Virus record (IMG/VR): IMGVR_UViG_3300028025_002828
Location: 7,293-71,292 of that record
DNA from: a virus
Reading direction: 5' to 3' (one strand)
Length of the DNA stretch: 64,000 nt
Shown: piece after piece, positions 19,315-28,819 of the stretch
Layout of the letters: each line of letters opens with the position of its first letter
How positions within the stretch are numbered: position 1 is the first letter of the stretch
Translations under genes and position numbers: made by a program
Notes under the pieces: model-generated
Told to the model about the DNA's origin: nothing
What the model saw: only the letters and a program-made list of their open reading frames with translations
The model's database searches: none

Positions 19315-19343
19315 ATTATACCTCGTGTCAAGTTTGTAAGCAA
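19315..19343 (-). promoter_or_regulatory. antisense sigma70 promoter pointing into the lysis cassette
   Basis: minus strand TTGCTT-ACAAACTTGACACGAGG(17)-TATAAT. Confidence 0.65.
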
Positions 19344-19359
19344 GTAATTGTATGTAAAC

Positions 19360-19388
19360 TTGCGTTTTAATATGATATGAGGTATAAT
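19360..19388 (+). promoter_or_regulatory. sigma70 promoter for the primase operon
   Basis: TTGCGT-17-TATAAT. Confidence 0.7.
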
Positions 19389-19413
19389 TATATTATGTGC
19401 TTGTGGAGTTATT

Positions 19414-20442
19414 ATGTTATATATCGATGCAAAATATGCTAGTCTTCTTGGTCCAAGACTTAGGAACTTCAAGAAGAAAGATGAAAATAGTTGGAACTTT
19501 AGTTGCCCAGTCTGCGGTGATTCCAAGAAAAACAAATTAAAAGCACGTGGTTACATCTATAAGATGAAGACCGACTTGTTTGTGAAATGTCACAACTGTG
19601 GCTACAGCACAAATCTTGGTAACTTTATAAAATATCTTGATTCTATTTTGTATGATGAGTACGTCTTAGAAAGATATAAGGCTGGTGCTACACGTTATAA
19701 TGATCACAAAGAAATAGACAGGTTTGTATCTAACACAGAACTACCAGTCTTGCAAGAAGTCGATTCAGTTCTAGACGGAACAATCAGGATCGACAAACTC
19801 CCAAAAGAACACCCAGTATTAAAATATGTTGAAGGAAGAAAAATACCTTCTGACAAATTTAATCTGATATATTTTGCACCAAAATTTAAATCTTGGTCAA
19901 ATAAAAATGTTGTAAAATTTACAGAGGAATCATTGGCAAATGACCATCCTCGATTAATTTTTCCATACTTTACTCAACAAGGTAAGTGCTTTGCATATTC
20001 AGCTCGAGCATTTGCTAATGAGGAGCCAAAGTATTATACTATAAAACTTGATGATGACAAGGAGAAAATATATGGTTTGGACAGGATCGACTTCGGAAAG
20101 AAAATATTTGTTGTTGAAGGGCAAATTGATTCTCTTTTCCTTCCCAATTGTCTTGCTGTTAGTGGCTCTTCTTTTGATCTTTTAGACATACAAAAGATCA
20201 AAACCAACTGCACCTTGGTCATTGATAATGAGCCAAGAAATAAAGAGATAGTGAAACAACTTAAAAAATATATAGATGAAGGTTATTCTGTATGTATGTT
20301 TCCTGATACATTACAATTTAAAGATATAAATGAAATGATTTTATCTGGTATGTCTAAAGAACAGGTGGTTGATATGATAAATAGTAACACCTATTCAGGA
20401 GCATCTGCGATAATGCATTTTACAACATGGAGAAAAGTATGA
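19414..20442 (+). CDS. 61: DNA primase (T4 gp61-like)
   Basis: CPVCGDS..KARG..CHNCG zinc ribbon; VEGQIDSLF, DNEPRN, KDINEM TOPRIM motifs. Confidence 0.95.
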   Translation: MLYIDAKYASLLGPRLRNFKKKDENSWNFSCPVCGDSKKNKLKARGYIYKMKTDLFVKCHNCGYSTNLGNFIKYLDSILYDEYVLERYKAGATRYNDHKEIDRFVSNTELPVLQEVDSVLDGTIRIDKLPKEHPVLKYVEGRKIPSDKFNLIYFAPKFKSWSNKNVVKFTEESLANDHPRLIFPYFTQQGKCFAYSARAFANEEPKYYTIKLDDDKEKIYGLDRIDFGKKIFVVEGQIDSLFLPNCLAVSGSSFDLLDIQKIKTNCTLVIDNEPRNKEIVKQLKKYIDEGYSVCMFPDTLQFKDINEMILSGMSKEQVVDMINSNTYSGASAIMHFTTWRKV

Positions 20443-20735
20443 GTGAAGATAATATAGTTGACGTTGAGTATAAGGACATACCAAAAATACCTGAAGAGTT
20501 TCCTGTAGAAACAGATGCAACTCGAAGAGAAACAAGACTCTTAGACTTAATGAAACCAATTAACCAAACGATTGAATCATGTCAGAACAGGGCAGATATT
20601 TTATTGATTGCTTCGGCAATGATGCATACATCAAGAGATTTATTTTTGTGTGAGCTCGGCGAAGCATCAACTAAAGCATTGTTTTCCAAATTAAAATTTG
20701 ATATGCCTGTGAATGATGAAACACAAGACAGTTAA
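20439..20735 (+). CDS. hypothetical protein, paralog of 61892..62113
   Basis: LMKPINQTIESCQNRADILLIASAMM. Confidence 0.6.
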   Translation: MSEDNIVDVEYKDIPKIPEEFPVETDATRRETRLLDLMKPINQTIESCQNRADILLIASAMMHTSRDLFLCELGEASTKALFSKLKFDMPVNDETQDS

Positions 20736-21276
20736 TGTATCGGGTGGTAAGATAGACATCTTTGATGATGTCTTTGACTACGCGACCAGAGAAAAGTTTT
20801 ACTATTTTGTTAGATTTCAAAACTTTAACACATCAGGTGCTGACACATCAACCTTAGAGCATAAAGGCGACTTCAATCTTTATTGTTCAGTTTCCGATGA
20901 GCAGATATCAAACATGAATTTTTTAAATTCTGGAGAGATGTCAAAAATAACTGCCATGGTTGATGGTATGAGCATAAAGCAGTCTAGGATTAACCTTAGC
21001 ACATTAAATGATAGAAATAGATTTCACACCGATACCTTTGGTGATGTCAAAACAAAAACACTATTATACTACCCAAACTTAGTGTGGCAAAATGAATGGG
21101 GTGGCTATACAATATTTTCTGACTCAATGCTAAATGAAGTGGAATATACATCCTTCTATGTTCCAGGAAGAGTAATTTTATTTGATGGTAATATACCGCA
21201 TTGTATTGCGCCACCAACAACAATGGCACCAACATACAGGTTTAGTTTTGTAATACAATATGGAGCAACAAATTGA
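20713..21276 (+). CDS. 2OG-Fe(II) oxygenase (prolyl-hydroxylase-like)
   Basis: FHTD, WQNEWGGYT, PGRVILFDGNIPH, YRFS. Confidence 0.8.
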   Translation: MMKHKTVNVSGGKIDIFDDVFDYATREKFYYFVRFQNFNTSGADTSTLEHKGDFNLYCSVSDEQISNMNFLNSGEMSKITAMVDGMSIKQSRINLSTLNDRNRFHTDTFGDVKTKTLLYYPNLVWQNEWGGYTIFSDSMLNEVEYTSFYVPGRVILFDGNIPHCIAPPTTMAPTYRFSFVIQYGATN

Positions 21277-21941
21277 AAGTTAAATTAATCAGTTATTCAC
21301 AATCACCTGTCAATGCAGATCAAACCGAACTTGATTTAATGAACATGCAGGATTTAGTTTCTTTCTGCGCAAGAGTAAGTAATCCAAGCAACCAACTTAA
21401 TTCAGAAACATCAGAGAAGTTAATCCGCTATCTCATTAAAAACAAACACTGGTCTCCACTTGAGATGGTCTCTGCATGTTTAGAAATAGAAACCACACGT
21501 GATATAGCAAGACAAATCTTGCGACATCGCTCTTTCTCGTTTCAAGAATTTAGTCAGCGATATGCTGACCCAACCAAAGACTTAGACTTTGTTCTGAGAG
21601 AAGCACGTCTTCAAGATACAAAGAATCGTCAAAACAGTATAGATACGTCAGACTCTGAACTGATAGCATGGTGGGATGCGAAACAAAAGTTTCTGATTGA
21701 TTATGTGAAAGAAACCTATGCTGAAGCAATTGAAAAAGGTATTGCCAAAGAACAAGCTCGTGCTATTCTCCCAGAGGGAAACACAGTAAGTCGTCTATAT
21801 ATGAATGGTACTTTAAGAAGTTGGTGCCACTTTATTGAACTTCGTTCAGCTAATGGCACACAAAAAGAGCATCAACTGGTTGCATTAGAATGTGCTAAAG
21901 TTATCGCTGCAGTATTTCCAATGTTGGAAACTCTCAAATAA
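21273..21941 (+). CDS. thyX: flavin-dependent thymidylate synthase
   Basis: RHRSFSFQEFSQRY signature, HWSPLE, TQKEH. Confidence 0.95.
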   Translation: MKVKLISYSQSPVNADQTELDLMNMQDLVSFCARVSNPSNQLNSETSEKLIRYLIKNKHWSPLEMVSACLEIETTRDIARQILRHRSFSFQEFSQRYADPTKDLDFVLREARLQDTKNRQNSIDTSDSELIAWWDAKQKFLIDYVKETYAEAIEKGIAKEQARAILPEGNTVSRLYMNGTLRSWCHFIELRSANGTQKEHQLVALECAKVIAAVFPMLETLK

Positions 21942-21966
21942 ATAAAAAGATAAGTGGAGACAAAAG

Positions 21967-23763
21967 ATGAGTGATATGGTTAATGGTATTAAAGTAGATT
22001 ATTCAAGAGATGATTTGTTTGATGAGTTGGGAAAAATTAGACTTAGAGAAAGTTACATGCGGGATGATGAGGTATCACCACAAGAAAGATTCGCTTTTGT
22101 TAGTAGTGCTTTTGGTAGTAACCCAGAGCATGCTCAGCGCTTGTATGACTACTCAAGTAAACATTGGTTGTCATATAGCACTCCCATTCTCTCCTTTGGC
22201 AGAAGTAAACGTGGTTTGCCCATCAGCTGCTTCCTCAACTTCATCGAAGATACTGCGGAGGGATTAGTTGATAATCTTTCTGAAACTAATTGGTTATCTA
22301 TGCTTGGGGGTGGCGTGGGTATTGGTTTTGGTATCCGCTCAGCAGATGATAAGTCGACTGGTGTTATGCCACACCTTAAAATGTACGACGCATCGTCTCT
22401 CGCTTATCGTCAAGGACGCACAAGACGTGGGTCTTATGCTGCTTACCTTAACATTGATCACCCTGACATTATTAATTTTCTAGAGATGCGTAAGCCAACT
22501 GGCGATCAAAATTTAAGAACTCTAAACATGCACCATGGTATCAATATTCCTGATGCGTTTATGGAGTTGGTTGAGAAATGTATGCTTGATCCAGAAGCTG
22601 ATGATTCGTGGGAATTAATTGACCCACACTCTAAGGTAGTTCGCGAAACTGTATCTGCCAAAGAGTTGTGGCAAAAGATTTTAGAACTTAGAATGCAGAC
22701 AGGTGAACCTTACCTTCACTTCATTGATGAGTCTAACAGAAAAATGCCACAGTGGTTGAAAGACAAAGGTTTGCAGATTCATCAGTCTAACCTCTGTTCT
22801 GAAATTATTTTACCAACGAATGAACAACGAACTGCTGTTTGTTGCCTCTCGTCTTTAAACTTGGAGTACTATGATGAGTGGGAAAAACATCCTCAGTTCT
22901 TACGCGATGTTGCTGAAATGCTCGATAATGTGTTACAGTATTTTATTGACAATGCACCTAGTTCTATTTCCAGGGCTGTTTATTCTGCTACTCTTGAGCG
23001 TAGTATTGGCGTTGGTGCCTTAGGATTTCATGCATACTTGCAGAGAAATAATTTGCCATTTGAGGGTGTTATGGCGAAGGTTGCTAATAGAAGAATTTTC
23101 AAACACATAAGGAAACAACTCGATGATGCTAATAAAGAATTGGGCTCTGAGAGGGGCGAAGCACCTGATGCTGTGGGTACTGGGAATAGGTTTAGTCATC
23201 TTATGGCTATTGCTCCTAATGCTAGTTCTTCCATTCTTATGGGTAATACTTCTCCTAGCATTGAACCTTATCGTGCTAATGCTTATCGTCAAGACACTCT
23301 ATCAGGATCCCACCTGAATAAAAATAAATGGCTCGATAAAATAATTAAGGAACATTGTAATGAAGAATCTAAGTTGGACTATAACGAAGTATGGTCAAGT
23401 ATTATCGCCAACGATGGAAGCGTTCAACATCTCGACTTCCTCGATGAGAACACCAAAGATACATTTAAAACATCAATGGAAATTGACCAACGATGGATTA
23501 TTGAACATGCAGCTGACAGGCAAGAGTTTATCGATCAAGCCCAATCAGTCAACGTATTCTTTAGACCAGACACAAACATTAAATATTTACACGCAGTACA
23601 TTTTCAAGCATGGAAGCAGAAACTTAAAACCCTCTACTACTGTCGATCTGAAAAAATTGGTAAAGCAGATAAAGTCGCTAAAAAAATTGAACGAGAAGTT
23701 ATTCAAGAAATCGACTTAAAGGCACTAACGGAGGGAACCGATTGTTTAGCCTGTGAAGGATAG
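21967..23763 (+). CDS. nrdA: ribonucleotide reductase class I alpha subunit
   Basis: SNLCSEI, APNASSS, TLYYCRS, C-terminal CLACEG. Confidence 0.95.
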   Translation: MSDMVNGIKVDYSRDDLFDELGKIRLRESYMRDDEVSPQERFAFVSSAFGSNPEHAQRLYDYSSKHWLSYSTPILSFGRSKRGLPISCFLNFIEDTAEGLVDNLSETNWLSMLGGGVGIGFGIRSADDKSTGVMPHLKMYDASSLAYRQGRTRRGSYAAYLNIDHPDIINFLEMRKPTGDQNLRTLNMHHGINIPDAFMELVEKCMLDPEADDSWELIDPHSKVVRETVSAKELWQKILELRMQTGEPYLHFIDESNRKMPQWLKDKGLQIHQSNLCSEIILPTNEQRTAVCCLSSLNLEYYDEWEKHPQFLRDVAEMLDNVLQYFIDNAPSSISRAVYSATLERSIGVGALGFHAYLQRNNLPFEGVMAKVANRRIFKHIRKQLDDANKELGSERGEAPDAVGTGNRFSHLMAIAPNASSSILMGNTSPSIEPYRANAYRQDTLSGSHLNKNKWLDKIIKEHCNEESKLDYNEVWSSIIANDGSVQHLDFLDENTKDTFKTSMEIDQRWIIEHAADRQEFIDQAQSVNVFFRPDTNIKYLHAVHFQAWKQKLKTLYYCRSEKIGKADKVAKKIEREVIQEIDLKALTEGTDCLACEG

Positions 23764-23768
23764 ATAAA

Positions 23769-24419
23769 ATGAAAAAAATGGCGTTGTTTTTACACCACCC
23801 TGAATGCTCAGAGGATTGTGTAAAAGCAATGGTTGATGTGTTGTCAGTAAATTATAACATTAAGATATTTGGAGAAAAAGAATTAGATGATGATAGTTTC
23901 TTTAACGATCTTGATGTTATTGCTTTTCCTGGTGGGATTGGCGATAGCGACAGCTATCCTGATTTCTTCACTAGAACAAGAGCGAATCGTATCGCCAGAT
24001 TCTTGGAAAATGGTGGTCACTATCTTGGTATCTGCATGGGCGCTTATTGGGCTGGAAGTCGTTATTTCGATTTACTTACTGATGTCGATGCAGTTCAATA
24101 TATAAAGCGTCCGAATGCCAAAGTTCGTAGAAGTTTTGGAACAGTGGCTGAGGTAGAGTGGGAAGGTTCGAAAGAGCATATGTATTTTTATGATGGTTGT
24201 GCATTGATTGGTGATGAAACAAAATTCGAAACAATCGCACGATATGCTAATGGCGACCCAATGGCAATTATTCAAGGAAGAGTGGGATTGCTTGGTTGTC
24301 ATCCAGAAGCACCTTTGTATTGGTATGAGAAACCATGGCAATACATAAACAAATATTGGAATGATGGGAGACATCATAGTCTGCTATTAAATTTTGTAAA
24401 CAAATTAGTGGAGAAGTAA
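23769..24419 (+). CDS. class I glutamine-amidotransferase-like (BPL-N type) protein
   Basis: FPGG, YLGICMGAY nucleophile elbow, CHPE. Confidence 0.7.
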   Translation: MKKMALFLHHPECSEDCVKAMVDVLSVNYNIKIFGEKELDDDSFFNDLDVIAFPGGIGDSDSYPDFFTRTRANRIARFLENGGHYLGICMGAYWAGSRYFDLLTDVDAVQYIKRPNAKVRRSFGTVAEVEWEGSKEHMYFYDGCALIGDETKFETIARYANGDPMAIIQGRVGLLGCHPEAPLYWYEKPWQYINKYWNDGRHHSLLLNFVNKLVEK

Positions 24420-24485
24420 CATGAAAGTATCAGTAGCAGATGCAATAGTAGTTGTGTTAATAATTGTTTTCATATGGGTGTGCAC

Positions 24486-24887
24486 ATGGTAAAAATTCTA
24501 GCAGCATTATTAATTAGCATATCAATATCAGGATGTACTGTCATTGCTGGACTTGCAGCATTTATGCCTTCTAAGTGGGATCCTAACGAAGTAGCTTCTG
24601 TAACTGATTTACGTTTTCATGTACGAAAAGTAAATTGTGATACACCTGAAACAGCATTGCCAACACTTCAAACTTTGGTAGATAAGAAAGACTGGACTTG
24701 GATGTATTCAGAGTCCCGCAAGAATAAAGACGTACTAGAACTCATTCGCCCTTTTAATGAAACACTTGATGATTTATATACTAGAGCGAAGTCTGGTAAG
24801 ATGAGTAAAGCATTCTGTAACGGTAAGGTGGTTATCTTAACAACTCAAGCTGACGCAATTGGTCGAGCATTACAAACAAGGAACTAA
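24486..24887 (+). CDS. putative lipoprotein
   Basis: hydrophobic signal with lipobox ISGC. Confidence 0.6.
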   Translation: MVKILAALLISISISGCTVIAGLAAFMPSKWDPNEVASVTDLRFHVRKVNCDTPETALPTLQTLVDKKDWTWMYSESRKNKDVLELIRPFNETLDDLYTRAKSGKMSKAFCNGKVVILTTQADAIGRALQTRN

Positions 24888-24888
24888 T

Positions 24889-25131
24889 ATGTATGCATAT
24901 AAAGATGAATTGAACAAACTACTAGCATCAGATAATGATTGGATAAAAAAGAAAGCTGAACTTGCTCTTCAATTTACTGAACAATTTAAAAATGGTGAGA
25001 TGGATAAAAGTGAGTACGATGAACTTATGAAAGATCTAGTGCGTACTGATGAAGTTATGTCTAATGCTGCTTCTATGGAAGCAAAGGCAAAACTAGAAAA
25101 AGCAATTACATTTTTAATTTCGGCTATCTAA
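24889..25131 (+). CDS. hypothetical protein
   Basis: SD AAGGA, closely follows the upstream gene. Confidence 0.6.
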   Translation: MYAYKDELNKLLASDNDWIKKKAELALQFTEQFKNGEMDKSEYDELMKDLVRTDEVMSNAASMEAKAKLEKAITFLISAI

Positions 25132-25823
25132 TGTATTTCAGAAAAATTGAAAACTTTCTTAACAGCGATGAAGTGCTTCGCATAAAAGAAACTGTTCACA
25201 GTATGAAAGATGACTGGAGACACATATCAACATTTCCTATTGCCGATGAAGCATCTATCCATAGAAAAAATATTGATATGAGTTTGATAAAGTCTGCCGA
25301 GAATCAATACTTCTTGGGTGATGCATTATATGTTATTGATACTTTAGATCAGATTAATCGTAATATACAAAAGCGTCTCAAAGATAATTTGCCAGACATG
25401 TATGCTAAGTTACTAGCAGCACTCTCTCACCATTACACAAACCCTACCTACTCAGAACAGTTTGCTGTTCCTGGTTTCCATATCTTTAATGGTGAACAAA
25501 CTGCATTTCCTTTTCAGTGGCACATAGATACAACATTAAAGATGTTTGATCCAACAGTGAACGAAAACAATATACACTCTTTTCTTTGTTGCATAGAAAC
25601 ACCAAAAGATCCTGCTGGTTTAGAGTATAGAGATACAAAATATTGGGAAAGATTGGACTCGGTTCAATCTGAATACATTGAGTACGATGTTGGCACCTTA
25701 TACATTTGGGATGGTAGTTATATACATCGAATGAAACAATTTGACATGCAGGCAAATGAGAGTAGAATTACTATTCAGGGGCACATACATTTTACAAACA
25801 ATTCTAGCATGGTATATTGGTAA
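25131..25823 (+). CDS. 2OG-Fe(II) oxygenase-like protein
   Basis: PGFHIF, WHID, IHRM, SRITIQGH. Confidence 0.7.
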   Translation: MYFRKIENFLNSDEVLRIKETVHSMKDDWRHISTFPIADEASIHRKNIDMSLIKSAENQYFLGDALYVIDTLDQINRNIQKRLKDNLPDMYAKLLAALSHHYTNPTYSEQFAVPGFHIFNGEQTAFPFQWHIDTTLKMFDPTVNENNIHSFLCCIETPKDPAGLEYRDTKYWERLDSVQSEYIEYDVGTLYIWDGSYIHRMKQFDMQANESRITIQGHIHFTNNSSMVYW

Positions 25824-26521
25824 TGGATATTCGTAGTGATGAAAACTTTTTGACTGATGAAGAGTCAAAGAGAATGAGAGATACAGTTTATAAACTTAAA
25901 CCATACTGGAAACACGTATCTAACTTGCCAGCGAACAGTGAAGAAGTTCGTTCTAGATATCCCCAAGAAGTTATTTCGCATGCCGAAAAGGTAATGGAAA
26001 ATTTAAATTTTCTTGGTGAGGGTATCTATGTTATGGATGGTAAGTTAACAGCTATCGATAAAAATATTCAAGAAATATTAAAAACTGAATTCGATTGGCT
26101 CTATGATAAGGTTATTGAACATTTCAAAACACTATATAATACCCCTGATGTAATACTACATGATGAACTACCCATACCTGGATTTCATATCTTTATCGGT
26201 AATGAACAGGAAAGAAGAGACTTCGACTGGCATAATGATTCTACTGTCTGCCTCTATGCAGAAAACGTAGATACTAACAGCATCTTTTCTTTTGTGATAC
26301 TTGTTGAAACTCCAGAAGACACCGCACACTTAGACTACAAAATTTTAAACTCGAGCGAAACTCACACTTTAAATTATAGAAAAAATTGTTTCCATATGTG
26401 GAATGGAAACTTAAACCATAGAATTGGTTCATTTCAACTAAAAAAAGATGAAGCTCGAATAACATTTCAAGGTCACATATATCATGATAAAAAACAAAAT
26501 AACTACAAATTATATTTCTAA
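25823..26521 (+). CDS. 2OG-Fe(II) oxygenase-like protein (tandem paralog)
   Basis: PGFHIF, WHND, NHRI, ARITFQGH. Confidence 0.7.
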   Translation: MDIRSDENFLTDEESKRMRDTVYKLKPYWKHVSNLPANSEEVRSRYPQEVISHAEKVMENLNFLGEGIYVMDGKLTAIDKNIQEILKTEFDWLYDKVIEHFKTLYNTPDVILHDELPIPGFHIFIGNEQERRDFDWHNDSTVCLYAENVDTNSIFSFVILVETPEDTAHLDYKILNSSETHTLNYRKNCFHMWNGNLNHRIGSFQLKKDEARITFQGHIYHDKKQNNYKLYF

Positions 26522-26530
26522 GGAACAAAG

Positions 26531-27523
26531 ATGATCAAAAAAGTAGACCATAAACTTACAGATACACGAGATGCGTTCAAACCATTTCATTATCCTTGGG
26601 CATATGAGGCATGGCTAAAACATGAGCAAGCGCACTGGTTACATACAGAAGTGCCAATGTCGGAAGATGTGAAAGACTGGAAGAAAAAACTAACACCACC
26701 ACAAAAGCATTTCCTAACAAACATTTTTCGTTTCTTCACACAAGGCGACATTGACGTTGCTGGTGGTTACGTAAAAAATTATCTACCATATTTTCCACAA
26801 CCAGAAATTCGTATGATGCTTATGGGATTTGCTGCTCGTGAAGCATTACACATTGCAGCATATAGTCATCTGATTGAAACTATCGGTCTACCAGATACAA
26901 CTTATAATGACTTCTTAGAATATCAAGAGATGAAAGATAAACATGACTACGTTCTTGACTTGAGTTCGAAGAACGGAGATAAACAATCAACTGCCACCCA
27001 TATCGCCGTGTTCAGTGCTTTCACTGAAGGAATGCAGTTGTTCTCATCTTTCATTATGTTGTTGAACTTTCCTCGTCATGGTATGATGAAAGGTATGGGA
27101 CAAATCGTTACTTGGTCAATCGTTGATGAAACAATGCATGCTGAGAATATGATTAAATTGTTCCGCACATATATTGAAGAGAACAAAGAAATATGGAATG
27201 ATGAACTTAAAGCAAAGATTTATACTATCGCTGAAAAGATGGTTGAACTTGAAGACAAGTTTATCGATCTAAGTTTTAGCATGGGTGACATGCCAGATCT
27301 TACACCAGAAGATGTCAAGAAATATATCAGATACATTGCTGATAGACGTTTAATTTCTCTTGGATTGAAGGGAATATATAAGGTTAAGAAAAATCCTTTA
27401 CCGTGGGTAGAGGAAATGATTAATGCACCGACACATGGTAACTTCTTTGAAAATCGTGTTACTGATTATGCCAAAGGTGCACTCAAAGGCGATTGGTCAG
27501 AAGTATGGGGTAAAGCAGCATAA
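26531..27523 (+). CDS. nrdB: ribonucleotide reductase class I beta subunit
   Basis: EALHIAAY, FTEGMQLFSSF, DETMH, NFFE di-metal motifs. Confidence 0.95.
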   Translation: MIKKVDHKLTDTRDAFKPFHYPWAYEAWLKHEQAHWLHTEVPMSEDVKDWKKKLTPPQKHFLTNIFRFFTQGDIDVAGGYVKNYLPYFPQPEIRMMLMGFAAREALHIAAYSHLIETIGLPDTTYNDFLEYQEMKDKHDYVLDLSSKNGDKQSTATHIAVFSAFTEGMQLFSSFIMLLNFPRHGMMKGMGQIVTWSIVDETMHAENMIKLFRTYIEENKEIWNDELKAKIYTIAEKMVELEDKFIDLSFSMGDMPDLTPEDVKKYIRYIADRRLISLGLKGIYKVKKNPLPWVEEMINAPTHGNFFENRVTDYAKGALKGDWSEVWGKAA

Positions 27524-28233
27524 TGATTGAGTTAATTTATGTACTAGTAATGACACACATTACTATTGTTTGCGTAACCCTTTATTTACATAGAGGACAA
27601 ACACACAGAGGGATTGAGTTTAATCCTATCCTGTCACACTTTATGCGTTTTTGGTTGTGGTTTACAACTGGCATGGTCACTAAACAATGGGTGGCTATTC
27701 ATCGTAAACACCATCAAACAACAGAAACAAAAGAAGATCCGCACAGTCCAATGTTCTATGGCTTAAAGCGTGTGTTGTTTGGTGGTGCGTTTCTTTACCA
27801 CGACGCAAGCAAAGATAAAGATCTTGTTAGTAAATATGGAGTGGGAACCCCAGATGATTGGATGGAGAAAAATGTATACACTAAACATTCTCGTCTAGGG
27901 ATTACTTTGTTATTAATCGTAAATTTACTTTGTTTTTCATGGATAGGTTTATTGATTTGGGGTATTCAAATGATATGGATTCCGTTCTGGGCAGCAGGTG
28001 TTGTCAACGGAATTGGGCATTTTTGGGGATATCGTAACGGCGAAACAAGAGACAATAGTAAAAACATATTTCCTCTTGGAATTATTATTGGTGGAGAAGA
28101 ACTACATAATAATCATCACTTAGAACCAGCAAATCCTAAGTTAAGTAGTAGGTGGTTCGAGTTTGATATTGGTTGGATGTGGTTAACTCTATTTACTAAT
28201 TTAAACTTGGCAAAAGTAAAAAATGGCAGTTAA
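27523..28233 (+). CDS. membrane fatty-acid desaturase (delta-9/DesA-like)
   Basis: His boxes LHRGQTH, IHRKHH, ELHNNHH; TM segments. Confidence 0.9.
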   Translation: MIELIYVLVMTHITIVCVTLYLHRGQTHRGIEFNPILSHFMRFWLWFTTGMVTKQWVAIHRKHHQTTETKEDPHSPMFYGLKRVLFGGAFLYHDASKDKDLVSKYGVGTPDDWMEKNVYTKHSRLGITLLLIVNLLCFSWIGLLIWGIQMIWIPFWAAGVVNGIGHFWGYRNGETRDNSKNIFPLGIIIGGEELHNNHHLEPANPKLSSRWFEFDIGWMWLTLFTNLNLAKVKNGS

Positions 28234-28378
28234 ACATTTCGATTGCGATACATGCGGTGCTCATGGAAAAATATCTTTCAAAGAGAGTGATGATTACAGA
28301 ACAAGGGACGTAGTATTTTGTCCTTTCTGTGGATCAGACATCTATGAAGAAGATGAAGAAGAAGATGATGAAGAGTAA
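28223..28378 (+). CDS. small zinc-ribbon protein with acidic tail (below the ORF-track cutoff)
   Basis: MAVKHFDCDTCG...CPFCGSDIYEEDEEEDDEE, 51 aa. Confidence 0.7.
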   Translation: MAVKHFDCDTCGAHGKISFKESDDYRTRDVVFCPFCGSDIYEEDEEEDDEE

Positions 28379-28386
28379 TATAAATA
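28379..28386 (+). promoter_or_regulatory. T4 late promoter
   Basis: TATAAATA. Confidence 0.65.
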
Positions 28387-28393
28387 GTTCACT

Positions 28394-28819
28394 ATGTGGA
28401 CTTTTAATAATGAAATCGTCGAAGAATTACCTGAAACCTGTGTTGGGTTTGTGTATATCATCACAAACCTAATTACTGGTCGGCAGTACATTGGTAAGAA
28501 ATTATCAAAGTTTTCGAAAACAAGTTATAAAACTGTTACGTTGAAAAACGGAACAAAGAAAAAGAAAAAAATCAAGTCTAAAATTGATTCTGATTGGAAG
28601 ACTTACTATGGTTCAAGTATAGAACTGAACGAAGACATAGAAGCGCTCGGCAAAGATAACTTTAAGCGTGAGATTCTATACTATTGCAACTCGAAGGCTG
28701 AGTGTTCATACATAGAAGCCAGAGAACAATTTACTAGAAAGGTGTTAGAGACAGACGACTTTTATAACGGACAAATCTCCGTAAGAGTTCATGGCTCTCA
28801 CATTAAAAACAAATTATGA
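28394..28819 (+). CDS. GIY-YIG nuclease (T4 endonuclease II-like)
   Basis: GFVYIITN..YIGKK, WKTYYGSS, FKREIL, FYNGQI. Confidence 0.75.
   Translation: MWTFNNEIVEELPETCVGFVYIITNLITGRQYIGKKLSKFSKTSYKTVTLKNGTKKKKKIKSKIDSDWKTYYGSSIELNEDIEALGKDNFKREILYYCNSKAECSYIEAREQFTRKVLETDDFYNGQISVRVHGSHIKNKL

Noticed and set aside
21967-27523. Introns or inteins in nrdA/nrdB (also checked for gp41 and uvsX)
   Set aside because: The ORFs are continuous and of compact length, with no intein motifs.
28223-28378. LysW-type amino-group carrier protein
   Set aside because: A zinc ribbon and acidic tail are present, but the EDWGE terminus and partner ligases are absent.
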